DNA from: Deltaproteobacteria bacterium
GTDB lineage: Bacteria; Desulfobacterota; Desulfarculia; Desulfarculales; Desulfarculaceae
Direction: 5' to 3'
Assembly: GCA_021811275.1 (NCBI GenBank)
Contig: JAJZPI010000004.1
Location: 106-64,105 of the forward strand
DNA length: 64,000 nt
Positions 16,703 to 25,999 of this stretch are shown here, piece after piece. The notes under the pieces are model-generated. The model was not told the DNA's origin and searched no databases. It saw only the letters and a list, made by a program, of their open reading frames with translations. How positions within the stretch are numbered: position 1 is the first letter of the stretch; each line of letters opens with the position of its first letter. The position numbers and the translations under genes were made by a program.

Positions 16703-17518
16703 ATGAGCGAAAGCCCCCCCGCAAACAACTTCGCCGTGGGCGAGGTGATGCTGCTGATCGACCAGCGCGACAGAAGCTTCCTGGTGAGCGTGCCGCCGCC
16801 GGGCGACCTGGTAGTGCGGGTGCACGGCGAGCCCTTCAAGAGCGAGGATCTGACCGCGGTCAACGACGGCGGTGTGCTGATCTCGCCTATGCGCCGGCGC
16901 TACCTGGCGGTCAGGCCCACCTTGCAAGAGATCATCATGAACATGCCCCGCCAGGCCCAGATCATCTACCCCAAGGACCTGGCGTTGATGCTCATGTGGG
17001 GCGACCTGACCCCCGGCCAACGCGTGCTGGAGGTGGGCTGCGGCCACGGGGCCATGACCATGTGCCTGCTCAGGGCCCTGGGGCCCGAGGGCCGCCTGGT
17101 CACCTACGACCTCCGGCGCGACCACCTGAACCGCACCCGCAAGAACGTGGCGCTCTACCTGGGGGAGGAGCCGCTGACGCGCTGGAGCCCGGTGACCGGC
17201 AACCCCGCCGAGCAGGGCTTCGCCGAGACCGGCATGGACCGTCTGTTCACCGACGTGCCCGAGCCATGGACCATGGTCGAAGCCGCCGCGCAGGCGCTTC
17301 GGCCCGGTGCGGTCTGGGTGGCTTACGTGCCCACCGTCATCCAGATGGCCGAACATGTGAAGGCCCTGAACGCCCATCACTACTGGAGCCTGGCCCAGGG
17401 CTTCGAGGCCCTGCAGCGCTTCTGGCACGTGCGGCCGCCCTCGGTGCGCCCCAGCCACCGCATGAGCGGCCACACCGGTTTCATGGTGGTGGGGCGGCGG
17501 CGTTTCAAGGAGGCCTAG
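16703..17518 (+). CDS. trmI: tRNA (adenine-N1)-methyltransferase (TrmI/Gcd14 family)
   Basis: 271-aa ORF with QIIYPKDLA and the SAM motif VLEVGCGHGAMT. Confidence 0.8.
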   Translation: MSESPPANNFAVGEVMLLIDQRDRSFLVSVPPPGDLVVRVHGEPFKSEDLTAVNDGGVLISPMRRRYLAVRPTLQEIIMNMPRQAQIIYPKDLALMLMWGDLTPGQRVLEVGCGHGAMTMCLLRALGPEGRLVTYDLRRDHLNRTRKNVALYLGEEPLTRWSPVTGNPAEQGFAETGMDRLFTDVPEPWTMVEAAAQALRPGAVWVAYVPTVIQMAEHVKALNAHHYWSLAQGFEALQRFWHVRPPSVRPSHRMSGHTGFMVVGRRRFKEA

Positions 17519-17523
17519 TACTC

Positions 17524-17714
17524 ATTAGCTTTCAAACGAGTAGTTTGAGCGCTAATGGACATGCGGGCCAAGGATCCACCCCAGCCAACAAGTTGGCTGG
17601 GGGCCCCGGAGGATGGTCCGCCGAGCGCAAGCGCTCGCGAGGCAGGGCAAAACTACGCATTTGCCCTGCCGATCGGCGATCAAGGCCAAGGATGGCTTTG
17701 ATCGCTTATTGGCA
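17524..17714 (+). repeat. Multi-hairpin dispersed repeat, copy A (REP/BIME- or MITE-like)
   Basis: About 190 bp that aligns to the reverse complement of 57201-57430. It contains perfect hairpins CCCCAGCCAAC-aa-GTTGGCTGGGG, CGAGCGC-aa-GCGCTCG and GGCAGGGCAAA..TTTGCCCTGCC. Confidence 0.8.
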
Positions 17715-17789
17715 TAAGCGGACGTTGGCCGCGCTCCGGGATTGGCGAAGGGGACGGCCGTATGCTAGTAATTAAGGCAGGAGAAGGTC

Positions 17790-18212
17790 ATGATCGTCTT
17801 CGACCTGCAATGCCACAAGGGTCACGCCTTCGAAGGCTGGTTCGAAAGCCTGGAAGACTTGGAGGGCCAGCTGAAGCGCAAGCTGGTCAGCTGTCCGGTC
17901 TGCGGCGGAAGCAGGGTTCGCCGGGTGCCTTCGGCCTTCGCGATCAGCAAACGCAAGACCGAACCCGACCAGGAAATGGCCGCCCGCCTGGTGGGCAAGG
18001 CTCTGCAACGCTACCTCAGAGACAATTTCGAGGATGTGGGCCCAAACTTCGCGCGCGAGGCATTGAAGATTCACTATGGCGTGCGGGAGTCCGGCAACAT
18101 CCGCGGCGTCTCCACTCCCCAAGAGGAGGAGGTGCTGGCCAAGGAAGGCGTGGAATTTTTTAAATTCGCCCCGCCCGCTCCCGAACCTCCGTCGGAAAAC
18201 GAAGAGGACTGA
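17790..18212 (+). CDS. DUF1178-family zinc-ribbon protein
   Basis: 140-aa ORF with a GGAGAAGG RBS. The N-terminal motif is FDLQCxxGHxFEGWF...CPVCG. Confidence 0.7.
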   Translation: MIVFDLQCHKGHAFEGWFESLEDLEGQLKRKLVSCPVCGGSRVRRVPSAFAISKRKTEPDQEMAARLVGKALQRYLRDNFEDVGPNFAREALKIHYGVRESGNIRGVSTPQEEEVLAKEGVEFFKFAPPAPEPPSENEED

Positions 18213-18377
18213 TCGTCAAAGGCCCGCCGGGAGATGGCATCATCCGATCCCTGGGCATGAGATAATTTCCGGCCGGCTTGCCAAACGCCAACGGGCCGGA
18301 GGAGGGCCAGGCGTCCTTCCCCGCTTTTCTCACGCCTCCAAGAGGCAAGGCCGGCGCCGCCAGGAGCGAGTCCGAGC

Positions 18378-20198
18378 ATGAACCATCCCGAAGACAAACC
18401 CACGGCCCTTTCCCTGAGCGGCTCTTCCCTGAAAAGGCTCTGGGGCGGCGACACTGGCCGCACCATCTCCATCTCCGTACTCATCGGCCTGGTTTCCGGC
18501 CTGGGCGCGCTGCTTTATTTCTTCCTGCTGGAATGGGGCACCTGGTACTTCATGGGCCAGTTGGCCGGCGCTCCCACGCCTTCGCCGGCGGGCGAGGGCC
18601 TGCACATGGCTGGCGCGGCGGCCCCCTACCGTCCCTGGCTGGTGGTGCTGCTGCCCGCCCTGGGCGGATTGGTCAGCGGCCTTTTGGTCTACACCTTCGC
18701 GCCGGAGGCCGAGGGTCACGGCGTGGACGCCATGATCGACGCCTTCCACAACCTCAAGGGCCATATCCGCGGCCGGGTTCCCTTCATCAAGACCATATCC
18801 TCGTTGGCGGTGCTCTCCACCGGCGGTTCGGCCGGACGCGAGGGCCCCATCGCCCAGATCGGAGCGGGCTTCGGCTCCTGGGTCTCCAGGGTGCTGAAGC
18901 TGGGGGCGCGCGAGCGGCGCATCTTCATGCTGGCCGGCTGCGCCGCCGGCCTGGGGGCCATCTTCCGCGCGCCCCTGGGCGCGGCCATCACCTCGGTGGA
19001 GGTGCTCTACAGTGAGGATTTCGAGTCCGAGGCCATCATTCCCTGCGTCATCAGCTCGGTAACCGCCTACAGCATCTTCACCTTCTTTTTCGGCTTCGAC
19101 CCCATCTTCGCCACCCCCCGCCTGATCGTAAAAGACCCCCGGGAGCTGGTGGCCTATGCCATGCTAGGGCTGATCTGCGCGATGGTGGGCCGCATCTACG
19201 TGCCCTGCTTCTTCGCCACCCGTGCCTGGTTCAGGAGGCTCAGCCTGCCCCGCATTGTGCGCCCGGCTCTGGGCGGCCTGGGTGTGGGCCTGATCGGCCT
19301 GGTCTCGCCCCAGGCCCTGGGGCCCGGCTTCGGTTATCTACAGGAGGCCATGAACGGCAACCTGGGCATTCTGGTAATGGTCGTTGCGGCGGGGGCCAAA
19401 ATTTTGGCCACCAGCCTCACCATCGGCTCCGGCGGCTCGGGCGGGGTCTTCGGCCCCACCTTGTTCATCGGCGGTATGCTGGGCGGGGTGGTGGGTCACT
19501 GGGGCCACCAACTCATGCCCGAACTGATCGGCCAGCCAGGAGGCTACGTGCTGGTGGGCATGGCCGCCTTTTTCGCCGGCTCGGCCAAGGCCCCGCTGGG
19601 GGCGCTCCTGATGGTGGCGGAGATGACCTGGTCCTACGGCCTGCTGCCACCCCTGATGCTGGTGTCGGTCATGGCCATTCTCATCAGCCGCCATCGCAGC
19701 ATCTACGAAAAGCAGTTGGTCAACAAGTTCTCCTCGCCGGCCCACGCCTCGGACATGACCGTTAACGTGCTCGATGGGCTCAGCGTGAGCCAAGCATTCA
19801 AACCCCGTCCGGAGTTTACGGTGCTCAAGGCCGACACCCGCTTCGCCGACCTGCAAAGGATCGTGGCCGACACCCGCCAAACCGTATTTCCGGTCGTCGA
19901 TGCCCCGGGAAACCTGGTGGGCCTGGTCTCGGTGCGCGACATCCGGGTGGTGCTCTGCGAGGAGTCGGTGCGGGATCTCCTGGTCTGCGGCGAGCTGTGC
20001 ACAACTCCCCGCAGCGTGCGGCCGGAGCAGGACCTCTACAGCGCGCTCCTGACCTTCCTGGAGACGGGTCTGGGCCAGATTCCGGTGGTGGAAACCAGGA
20101 AAGACGGCGGCCAGGGCATCCTGGGCATGCTGGACCACGAAGACGTGATCGCCGCTTACCGCGACGAGGTGCACCGGCGAAAACAGAGCGCCGCTTGA
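18378..20198 (+). CDS. ClC-family chloride channel / H+-Cl- antiporter with C-terminal CBS pair
   Basis: 606-aa polytopic ORF with the ClC signatures GSAGREGP and GGSGGVFGP plus a C-terminal CBS-like region. Confidence 0.88.
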   Translation: MNHPEDKPTALSLSGSSLKRLWGGDTGRTISISVLIGLVSGLGALLYFFLLEWGTWYFMGQLAGAPTPSPAGEGLHMAGAAAPYRPWLVVLLPALGGLVSGLLVYTFAPEAEGHGVDAMIDAFHNLKGHIRGRVPFIKTISSLAVLSTGGSAGREGPIAQIGAGFGSWVSRVLKLGARERRIFMLAGCAAGLGAIFRAPLGAAITSVEVLYSEDFESEAIIPCVISSVTAYSIFTFFFGFDPIFATPRLIVKDPRELVAYAMLGLICAMVGRIYVPCFFATRAWFRRLSLPRIVRPALGGLGVGLIGLVSPQALGPGFGYLQEAMNGNLGILVMVVAAGAKILATSLTIGSGGSGGVFGPTLFIGGMLGGVVGHWGHQLMPELIGQPGGYVLVGMAAFFAGSAKAPLGALLMVAEMTWSYGLLPPLMLVSVMAILISRHRSIYEKQLVNKFSSPAHASDMTVNVLDGLSVSQAFKPRPEFTVLKADTRFADLQRIVADTRQTVFPVVDAPGNLVGLVSVRDIRVVLCEESVRDLLVCGELCTTPRSVRPEQDLYSALLTFLETGLGQIPVVETRKDGGQGILGMLDHEDVIAAYRDEVHRRKQSAA

Positions 20199-20202
20199 GC
20201 CC

Positions 20203-20415
20203 TCAAGCCCCGGGAGGCCGTTTCCGGCGGTCCCGGCCTCGGACCGGCGCGGCCTGGGATGTGGTGGCATCCACAGCGCAGGGTGCGTTTTTGGCCACCA
20301 GCCGGCCCAGGAGGGCGCAGTGCAGGGCGGCGAAGGTGCGGCATGAGCCGGCTCCGTCCACCGCGTCCTGGCCGGGGAAGCTGGCCTGGGGGCACGTCAG
20401 GTCGCACCAGCGCAT
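20203..20415 (-). CDS. Possible small Cys-rich protein (70 aa), hypothetical
   Basis: The ATG lies 1 nt after the histidine kinase stop on the same strand. By hand count about 59 of 70 codons end in G/C. There is no recognisable family. Confidence 0.3.
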   Translation of the reverse strand: MRWCDLTCPQASFPGQDAVDGAGSCRTFAALHCALLGRLVAKNAPCAVDATTSQAAPVRGRDRRKRPPGA

Positions 20416-20416
20416 T

Positions 20417-21862
20417 TCAAGCCTTTTCTCCGGTGGGCCGCTTGGAATTGCGGGTGTCCGGCGGAGTCATGGGCAGGGCCACCCGGAAGAGGGCGCCGCC
20501 GCCGGGCCGGTCATCGGCGGTCAGTTCGCCGCCCAGGAGCAGCACCACGTCGCGGCACAGCGGCATTCCCAAACCCACGCCGAAGTCCTTGGTTGTGTAT
20601 AGCGGGTCGAAAATGCGCCGCTTGTCGGCCTGGGAAAGGCCGGACCCGGAATCACCCACGCTGAAGACCACCCTTCCCTCCTCGCCCATGGTGGCCCCCA
20701 GGAAGATCTGTCCCCCCTCGCGGGTGGCCTCCAGCGCGTTCTGGATCAAGGCCGCCAGGGCCTTGACTAGAAGACTCCGGTCGGTGACGGGACGGGGCAG
20801 GTCCAAGGGCAGTTCCCAGACCGGCTCCTGCTGGGGGTTGCCCGTGGTCAGCACGGCCTTTTGCAGGGCCTCGCGCAGAACCGATCCCGGCTCCACCTCG
20901 GAGAAGTCAAGGTCCTTCTCGCGGTTGAGCTTGAAGGCCTCGTCGAGCATCATCTCCAGACGGCCGATCTCGTCCAGAATCACCTTGACGTAGTTGCCTA
21001 GGGGATCGCCGGGCTCCAAGGCCCGGCCCAGGCGGCGGGCGAAGCCGCCGATGACCATGAAAGGATTGCGTAGCTCGTGGGCCAGGGCGCTGGTGAAGCG
21101 GGCCACGGCGGCGGTGCGCTCGGCCTGCATGACCAGATTCCAGGTGTCCTGGAGTCGGCGGTTGGCCTGCTCCAGTCCAGCCATGTCCTCCCCCATCTCC
21201 TTCACCTGCTCGGCCACCCGCTGGTCGATCTCCCGGCGGAGCTGCGCCAGCTCAAGCTGCGCGGCCTCCAGGCGCTGGGCCCGCACCTGGGCCGCCACCG
21301 CGGCGGCCAGAAGCCCCCCCAGGATATCCAGGAAACCCTGCTCCTCGGGGGTGAAGCCCACCCGCCGCCGGCTGGCCACGTTCAGCACCCCCACCATCTC
21401 CTGGTGCAGGATCAGGGGCAGGGCGCAGACGGCCTGCATGCCCAGGCCGCTCAACAAGGCCCGGCGCCTATGGTCGTCAAGATGATCCACCGGCATCACC
21501 ACCATGCGCCGCCGTTGGGCGGCCAAGCCGGTGAAGCCCTGGCCAAGTTCCACCTCGCTCAGCTCCGCCGTTTGCTGGGGCGATATACCATGGAAGGCCA
21601 CCAGCCGCAGCATGCCCCCCCGCCCCAAGGCGTAGACCCGGGAGGGCGTGAGCCCCAGGCCGCTCTCCAGGCCGGCCAGGGCCTGCCCCAGGGAGTCGGC
21701 CAGGTCCCGGCCCTGGGCCAAGGCCCGGGCCAGTCCCCGCAACACGCTCGTGCGTCGCTCGAAATCCTCGATATCCGTTTGGACAGGCCTGTCGTTCAAG
21801 GCTGGAGTCACTCCCCCGTTGGAGCTGGCGCATGGCCCCGTCTCGGAAGTTAGCGGTTTCAA
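20417..21862 (-). CDS. GAF-domain sensor histidine kinase
   Basis: 481-aa ORF with a GAF region, the H-box FTSALAHELRNP and HATPase motifs (QNALEAT, GDSGSGL, GVGLGM). Confidence 0.85.
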   Translation of the reverse strand: MKPLTSETGPCASSNGGVTPALNDRPVQTDIEDFERRTSVLRGLARALAQGRDLADSLGQALAGLESGLGLTPSRVYALGRGGMLRLVAFHGISPQQTAELSEVELGQGFTGLAAQRRRMVVMPVDHLDDHRRRALLSGLGMQAVCALPLILHQEMVGVLNVASRRRVGFTPEEQGFLDILGGLLAAAVAAQVRAQRLEAAQLELAQLRREIDQRVAEQVKEMGEDMAGLEQANRRLQDTWNLVMQAERTAAVARFTSALAHELRNPFMVIGGFARRLGRALEPGDPLGNYVKVILDEIGRLEMMLDEAFKLNREKDLDFSEVEPGSVLREALQKAVLTTGNPQQEPVWELPLDLPRPVTDRSLLVKALAALIQNALEATREGGQIFLGATMGEEGRVVFSVGDSGSGLSQADKRRIFDPLYTTKDFGVGLGMPLCRDVVLLLGGELTADDRPGGGALFRVALPMTPPDTRNSKRPTGEKA

Positions 21863-21904
21863 CCCGGCCGGGCAAGAACGATCTGCGCCCCTGGCCGGCT
21901 TTTC

Positions 21905-24900
21905 TCAGCGCAGTTCCACCGTGGCCAGGGTGACCTCGTCCCCGCCCGCGTTCTCACCCTGGAGGATGGGCAGGCGGGACTTGGTGAAACGCGGATCCCA
22001 GAGCCCCACCAGCAGGCGGTAGCGGCCGGGGGCCAGGTTCTCGGGGATGGTGATGCGGTAGCCCTCGCGCACCACCTGGCCCACGGCCAGCTCGGTCATG
22101 GGCTGCTTGCCGTGATCCAGCCGGTGGTCGAAGGGCAGCAGGCGGTCCGGGCCCTTGAGATGGACGAAGATGTAATAGTCCAGGGAGGGTTTGGACCAGA
22201 CCTTCCAATAGTAGTTCACCTCAACCTCGCCCCCCCGCTTGAACTCGCCGCGCGGCAGATCGAAGCCCAGCAGAGTGAGCCCGCCGGCGAAGCGCGCCTC
22301 GCGCTTGAGCGAGGGATGCAGATCAGCCAGGTGCCCCTCCACCCTGGCCACGTCCTCGGGCCTCTGCAATTGCTGGTAAAGGTCGCGCACCCTGGCCAGG
22401 CTCTCGGGCTGGGAAACGAAGGCAGCCTCCGCCCGGCGCACCCAGGCATAGGAGCGGTCGAGGCGACCGGCCTCGAACAAGGCCTGGGCCAAGAGCAGAT
22501 AGGCTTGGTCCATGCCCGGGTCCAGCTCCAACAGCGCCTCCAGGGAGCTTACCGCCGCCAAGTAGCGGCCCGCCTGTAAATTGACCCGTCCCCAGGCCTC
22601 GTGATACCAGCGCAGGACAGAGCGCATGTGGGCCGGCAGGTCTACCCCCAGCGCGGCCTCGTCCAGGCGCAGATCCCAGGGTCCGGCGAAGTTCAGGCGC
22701 AGCTCAAGCTTGTTGCCGGCCCGGGGATTCACGAAGGGCAGGCGCACCCGGCCCCTGCCGCCGGCAAGATCGGCGGAGCGAATGCCCCGGCTGGCCAGGA
22801 GGCGGCTGCCGCCCCAGCCGTGGGCCCACACCTCCAGCTGGCCCAGTTCCTCGGCCGGGGCCGGCAAGGCGCCGCGCGCCCAAAGGCGGGCGTCCACTTG
22901 CAGACTGCCTTCGGGGTAGGGCTCGGAGAGCCAGAGCTTCAGGTAGCCGGCCGGGCGGCCGGGCTGGCGCAGGAAGGCCCCCTCGTAGCCCTCGCCGCTC
23001 AAGGGCACTTCCTGGCCTTCGGAGAGGCACAAGGGCCCCCGCACGCGATAGGTATAGGAGATGGCCTGGCGCAGCAAGGGCAGGTGGTAGCCGGTCAGCT
23101 CGGCGAAGCGGGCGTCCCATTCCCCCTGGGGCATGGCCGAGGCGGCCAGGGCCTGGTAGCTCCGGGCGGGCTCGCCCTCAGGGCCTGACAAGACGGTCAG
23201 TGCCCGCCCGGCATCATCGAAACGTCCCAGGCGGGCCAGGGCTCCGGCCAGGAGGGCTAGGGCGTCCATGCCCCCGCCCTGCTCGTCCGCCGCCCGGCTC
23301 AGATGCTCCACCGCCTCCTGGTAGCGTCCGTCCTCCAAGGCCCGCCGCCCCAGCATGAGGGGGTCCCATTCCAAACGGGCCAGCACCCCCTCGCCCCGGC
23401 GCACGGCCACCCTCACCGGGCTCAAGCCCTCGGCCATGGGCGGCCAGGTCACCGCTCTCAGGGCCAAGTTGGTCCTCTGCCCAGGATATAGGACCATCCG
23501 CCGTGAGGGCCAGGGCCCTTGGCTGACATCCAGCACCGCCAAGTCCTGGCCCAGGTTGCTCAGGTCCACGCCAAGGTTCTCCGGCGGCGGCGACAGGCGC
23601 AGCACCCGCTGGCCCAGGCCCTTGCCGGGCAGCCACATGGCGTTCTCGGCCCGGCTGTAGGCCCCGTCTTGGCCGTAGACCACGGCGTAGGTGCGCTCGG
23701 AGCCCAGCCAGGGACGGGCCAGAGCCAGGGGCTGGCTCACCGCGCGCGCAGGCAGCGTGGAATAGACGTCCACCCGAGGGCTGACCCAGCGCGGGAACCC
23801 AAAGCTTGATCCCGAGCCCAGGGCCCAGCCTTGGCGCAAGTCGAAGCTCTTGAGCAGTTGAAAGCTCATGGGCAGCTGGCGAACCAGGTCGCCGGCCTGG
23901 CCCGGGCTCGGGCCGGCCTGGGGGTCTCCGTCGTCGGCCAGCGAGGTCACCACCAGATACTTGGCCTTGGCCCGCAGACCGGCCAGGCCGTCCTGGGACT
24001 CCCAGGGCCTGGCCCAGGGATAGAGGGCGGGCGGCGTCTTGGGTCCGGTCAGGAGCGCCGAATCAGGGGGCAAGTTGCCCTTCAGCCAAAAGCTGGCGCT
24101 GGCCAGGGTGTCCTGTTGCCAAAAAAGATAGCTCACCCCCAGGGCCCGCCAAAGAGGCCAGAGGCAAAGCAGGCCCCCCAGCACCGAAACGCCCAGCACC
24201 GGCCACCAGCGTCCGGGCAGGCGGCGGCAGAGCACCACCACGGGCCAGCAGGCGGCCAGCGCGGCAACCGGCAGCCAAACCGCCTGTTGACCTTCCACCG
24301 AGCCGGTCAGGGTGGTCAGGCTGGCCAGGAAGTACAGGGGCGGAAAAATCACCAAAAGCAGGCGCTGCCACTGCCGCCGCCAGGTCAACAGACCCGCCCC
24401 GGCCAGCCATAGCGCCACCAGTTCCAACCCCACGGTGCTGCCCAGGATGGTCAGCGCGGCCCGGCCCCGCTCGGCCAGGAAGGACCACCAGCCCTCGGCC
24501 ATGGCCGGCGGGGCGCTGAAGGATGCGGTTATGATGTCCCCCACCTGTTCCAGGCGCAGCGCGAAGCCGGGGTAGCCCAGCACCAGCCCCAGCAGGAGCC
24601 CGCCCAGGAAAGCCGCCGGCCAATACAGGGCCGCGCGCAGGGGCTCCGGCCGAGTTTGCCGCCAGGCCAGGACATAGGCCCCCGCCAACACCGGCCAGAT
24701 AAGCACCCCGCTGGCGCGGGTGGTGATGGTCAGACCCAGCAGGAGCCCGCCCAGGGCCATGTTCCTGGCCCGGGGGGTCTCCATGATCTGCCAGGCCGCC
24801 CACAGGCAGAACATCACCATCAGGCCCAGGGGCACGTCCAGGGCCAGGTAGTGGGAGTGGGCCACCAACAGGGGGTTTACCGCCAGCGCCGCCGAGGCCA

Positions 24901-25342
24901 ACAGGCCGGTGGCCACGCTGTCGAAGTAGCGCCGGGCCACCAGATAGGCCAGCCAGACCTGGAAGCCGCCCATGAGGGCCACGGTGAGGCGGCCGGCCAT
25001 CTTGGCCGGCATGACCAGCTCGGTGGCGGTGCGCACCTCGCCCACCCAGACCCCCAGCCAGCCCAGGATGGCCGACACGGCCCCCCTGAGCAGGGCGGCC
25101 AGGCTGAAGAAGGTCTGGGTCCAGATTCCTTGGTAGGTGGGGTTGCTGAAGGAAAGCGCCTCGATTACCTGCCAGGTCCATTCATCCGGGTGCTGGATCG
25201 CCGCCTGGTCCGTTCCCCAGGCCAGGCCCCACAGGCGCAGCCCCAGGCCCAGGAGAACCAGCAGGGCCAATATCACCCTGCGCGGCAGAATGTGGGCTGA
25301 TATCTGCAAACAACCTCCTAAGGGGGGGGCGTGCCGCCCCAC
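21905..25342 (-). CDS. Large membrane glycosyltransferase-like protein (ArnT/PMT GT39-type polytopic N-terminus) with TPR repeats
   Basis: 1145-aa ORF. The N-terminal half (about 450 aa) has many TM helices. The central and C-terminal parts have TPR-like repeats (YQEAVEHLSRA, LLLAQALFEAGRLDRS). Confidence 0.65.
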   Translation of the reverse strand: MGRHAPPLGGCLQISAHILPRRVILALLVLLGLGLRLWGLAWGTDQAAIQHPDEWTWQVIEALSFSNPTYQGIWTQTFFSLAALLRGAVSAILGWLGVWVGEVRTATELVMPAKMAGRLTVALMGGFQVWLAYLVARRYFDSVATGLLASAALAVNPLLVAHSHYLALDVPLGLMVMFCLWAAWQIMETPRARNMALGGLLLGLTITTRASGVLIWPVLAGAYVLAWRQTRPEPLRAALYWPAAFLGGLLLGLVLGYPGFALRLEQVGDIITASFSAPPAMAEGWWSFLAERGRAALTILGSTVGLELVALWLAGAGLLTWRRQWQRLLLVIFPPLYFLASLTTLTGSVEGQQAVWLPVAALAACWPVVVLCRRLPGRWWPVLGVSVLGGLLCLWPLWRALGVSYLFWQQDTLASASFWLKGNLPPDSALLTGPKTPPALYPWARPWESQDGLAGLRAKAKYLVVTSLADDGDPQAGPSPGQAGDLVRQLPMSFQLLKSFDLRQGWALGSGSSFGFPRWVSPRVDVYSTLPARAVSQPLALARPWLGSERTYAVVYGQDGAYSRAENAMWLPGKGLGQRVLRLSPPPENLGVDLSNLGQDLAVLDVSQGPWPSRRMVLYPGQRTNLALRAVTWPPMAEGLSPVRVAVRRGEGVLARLEWDPLMLGRRALEDGRYQEAVEHLSRAADEQGGGMDALALLAGALARLGRFDDAGRALTVLSGPEGEPARSYQALAASAMPQGEWDARFAELTGYHLPLLRQAISYTYRVRGPLCLSEGQEVPLSGEGYEGAFLRQPGRPAGYLKLWLSEPYPEGSLQVDARLWARGALPAPAEELGQLEVWAHGWGGSRLLASRGIRSADLAGGRGRVRLPFVNPRAGNKLELRLNFAGPWDLRLDEAALGVDLPAHMRSVLRWYHEAWGRVNLQAGRYLAAVSSLEALLELDPGMDQAYLLLAQALFEAGRLDRSYAWVRRAEAAFVSQPESLARVRDLYQQLQRPEDVARVEGHLADLHPSLKREARFAGGLTLLGFDLPRGEFKRGGEVEVNYYWKVWSKPSLDYYIFVHLKGPDRLLPFDHRLDHGKQPMTELAVGQVVREGYRITIPENLAPGRYRLLVGLWDPRFTKSRLPILQGENAGGDEVTLATVELR

Positions 25343-25532
25343 TCAAAGCGGGTCGGGCGCGTGCCGCGCCAGCCATGGCGGGTCGGAGCCGCTACGGCCC
25401 TGGCTGGCCTCGCCCGCTCCCGGTGAAGCTTGCGCCGCTTCCGGAATAACAGGCGCGGGATCAGCTTGCGGAGCGGCCCTTCAGCCGGGTCTGGACCCAA
25501 GCTAAAGGGCCGCGCCGCACCCTGTCAAGATA

Positions 25533-25940
25533 TCAGAATTGGCTTTCTATGGCAGCGTAGGCGCAGGTGGGGATACAGGCCTCGCATATGATGCAATGGC
25601 TGGCGTCGAAAAGGGTCTCCCGGGTCGTGGGCTCCACGCTCAAGGCCCCGGTGGGGCAGACGGCGGTGCAGGCCGTGCAGTGAACGCAGCGGTCGGGGTA
25701 ATAGCGCATCTCCTGCACCATGGTGTCCACCTGCACGCCCTGCTCGTCCATGTATGCCAGGGCGCGGTCCAGGTTCTCCTTCTCGCCCTTCAGTTCCACC
25801 ACCATGCGCCCACGCTCGCGGGGTTTGACCGTGGCCCGCATGATGTTCACCTGCAGGTCGTAGTCCCTGATCAGATGGTAGGTCACCGGCTCCTGGATGA
25901 GCCGGGGAGGAAAGCTCAAGACCAGCTTTTTCTTTACCAT
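25533..25940 (-). CDS. NIL-domain / 2x[4Fe-4S] ferredoxin protein (MA1822-like partner of COG1900)
   Basis: 135-aa ORF with an N-terminal NIL-like domain and C-terminal CVHCTACTAVCP and CIICEACIPTC motifs. Confidence 0.75.
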   Translation of the reverse strand: MVKKKLVLSFPPRLIQEPVTYHLIRDYDLQVNIMRATVKPRERGRMVVELKGEKENLDRALAYMDEQGVQVDTMVQEMRYYPDRCVHCTACTAVCPTGALSVEPTTRETLFDASHCIICEACIPTCAYAAIESQF

Positions 25941-25999
25941 GCCCCGGACCTCGTTTCTTCGGGCCGCGCGCCAAACTCCGGCGGCCCGAGGGGATTATG

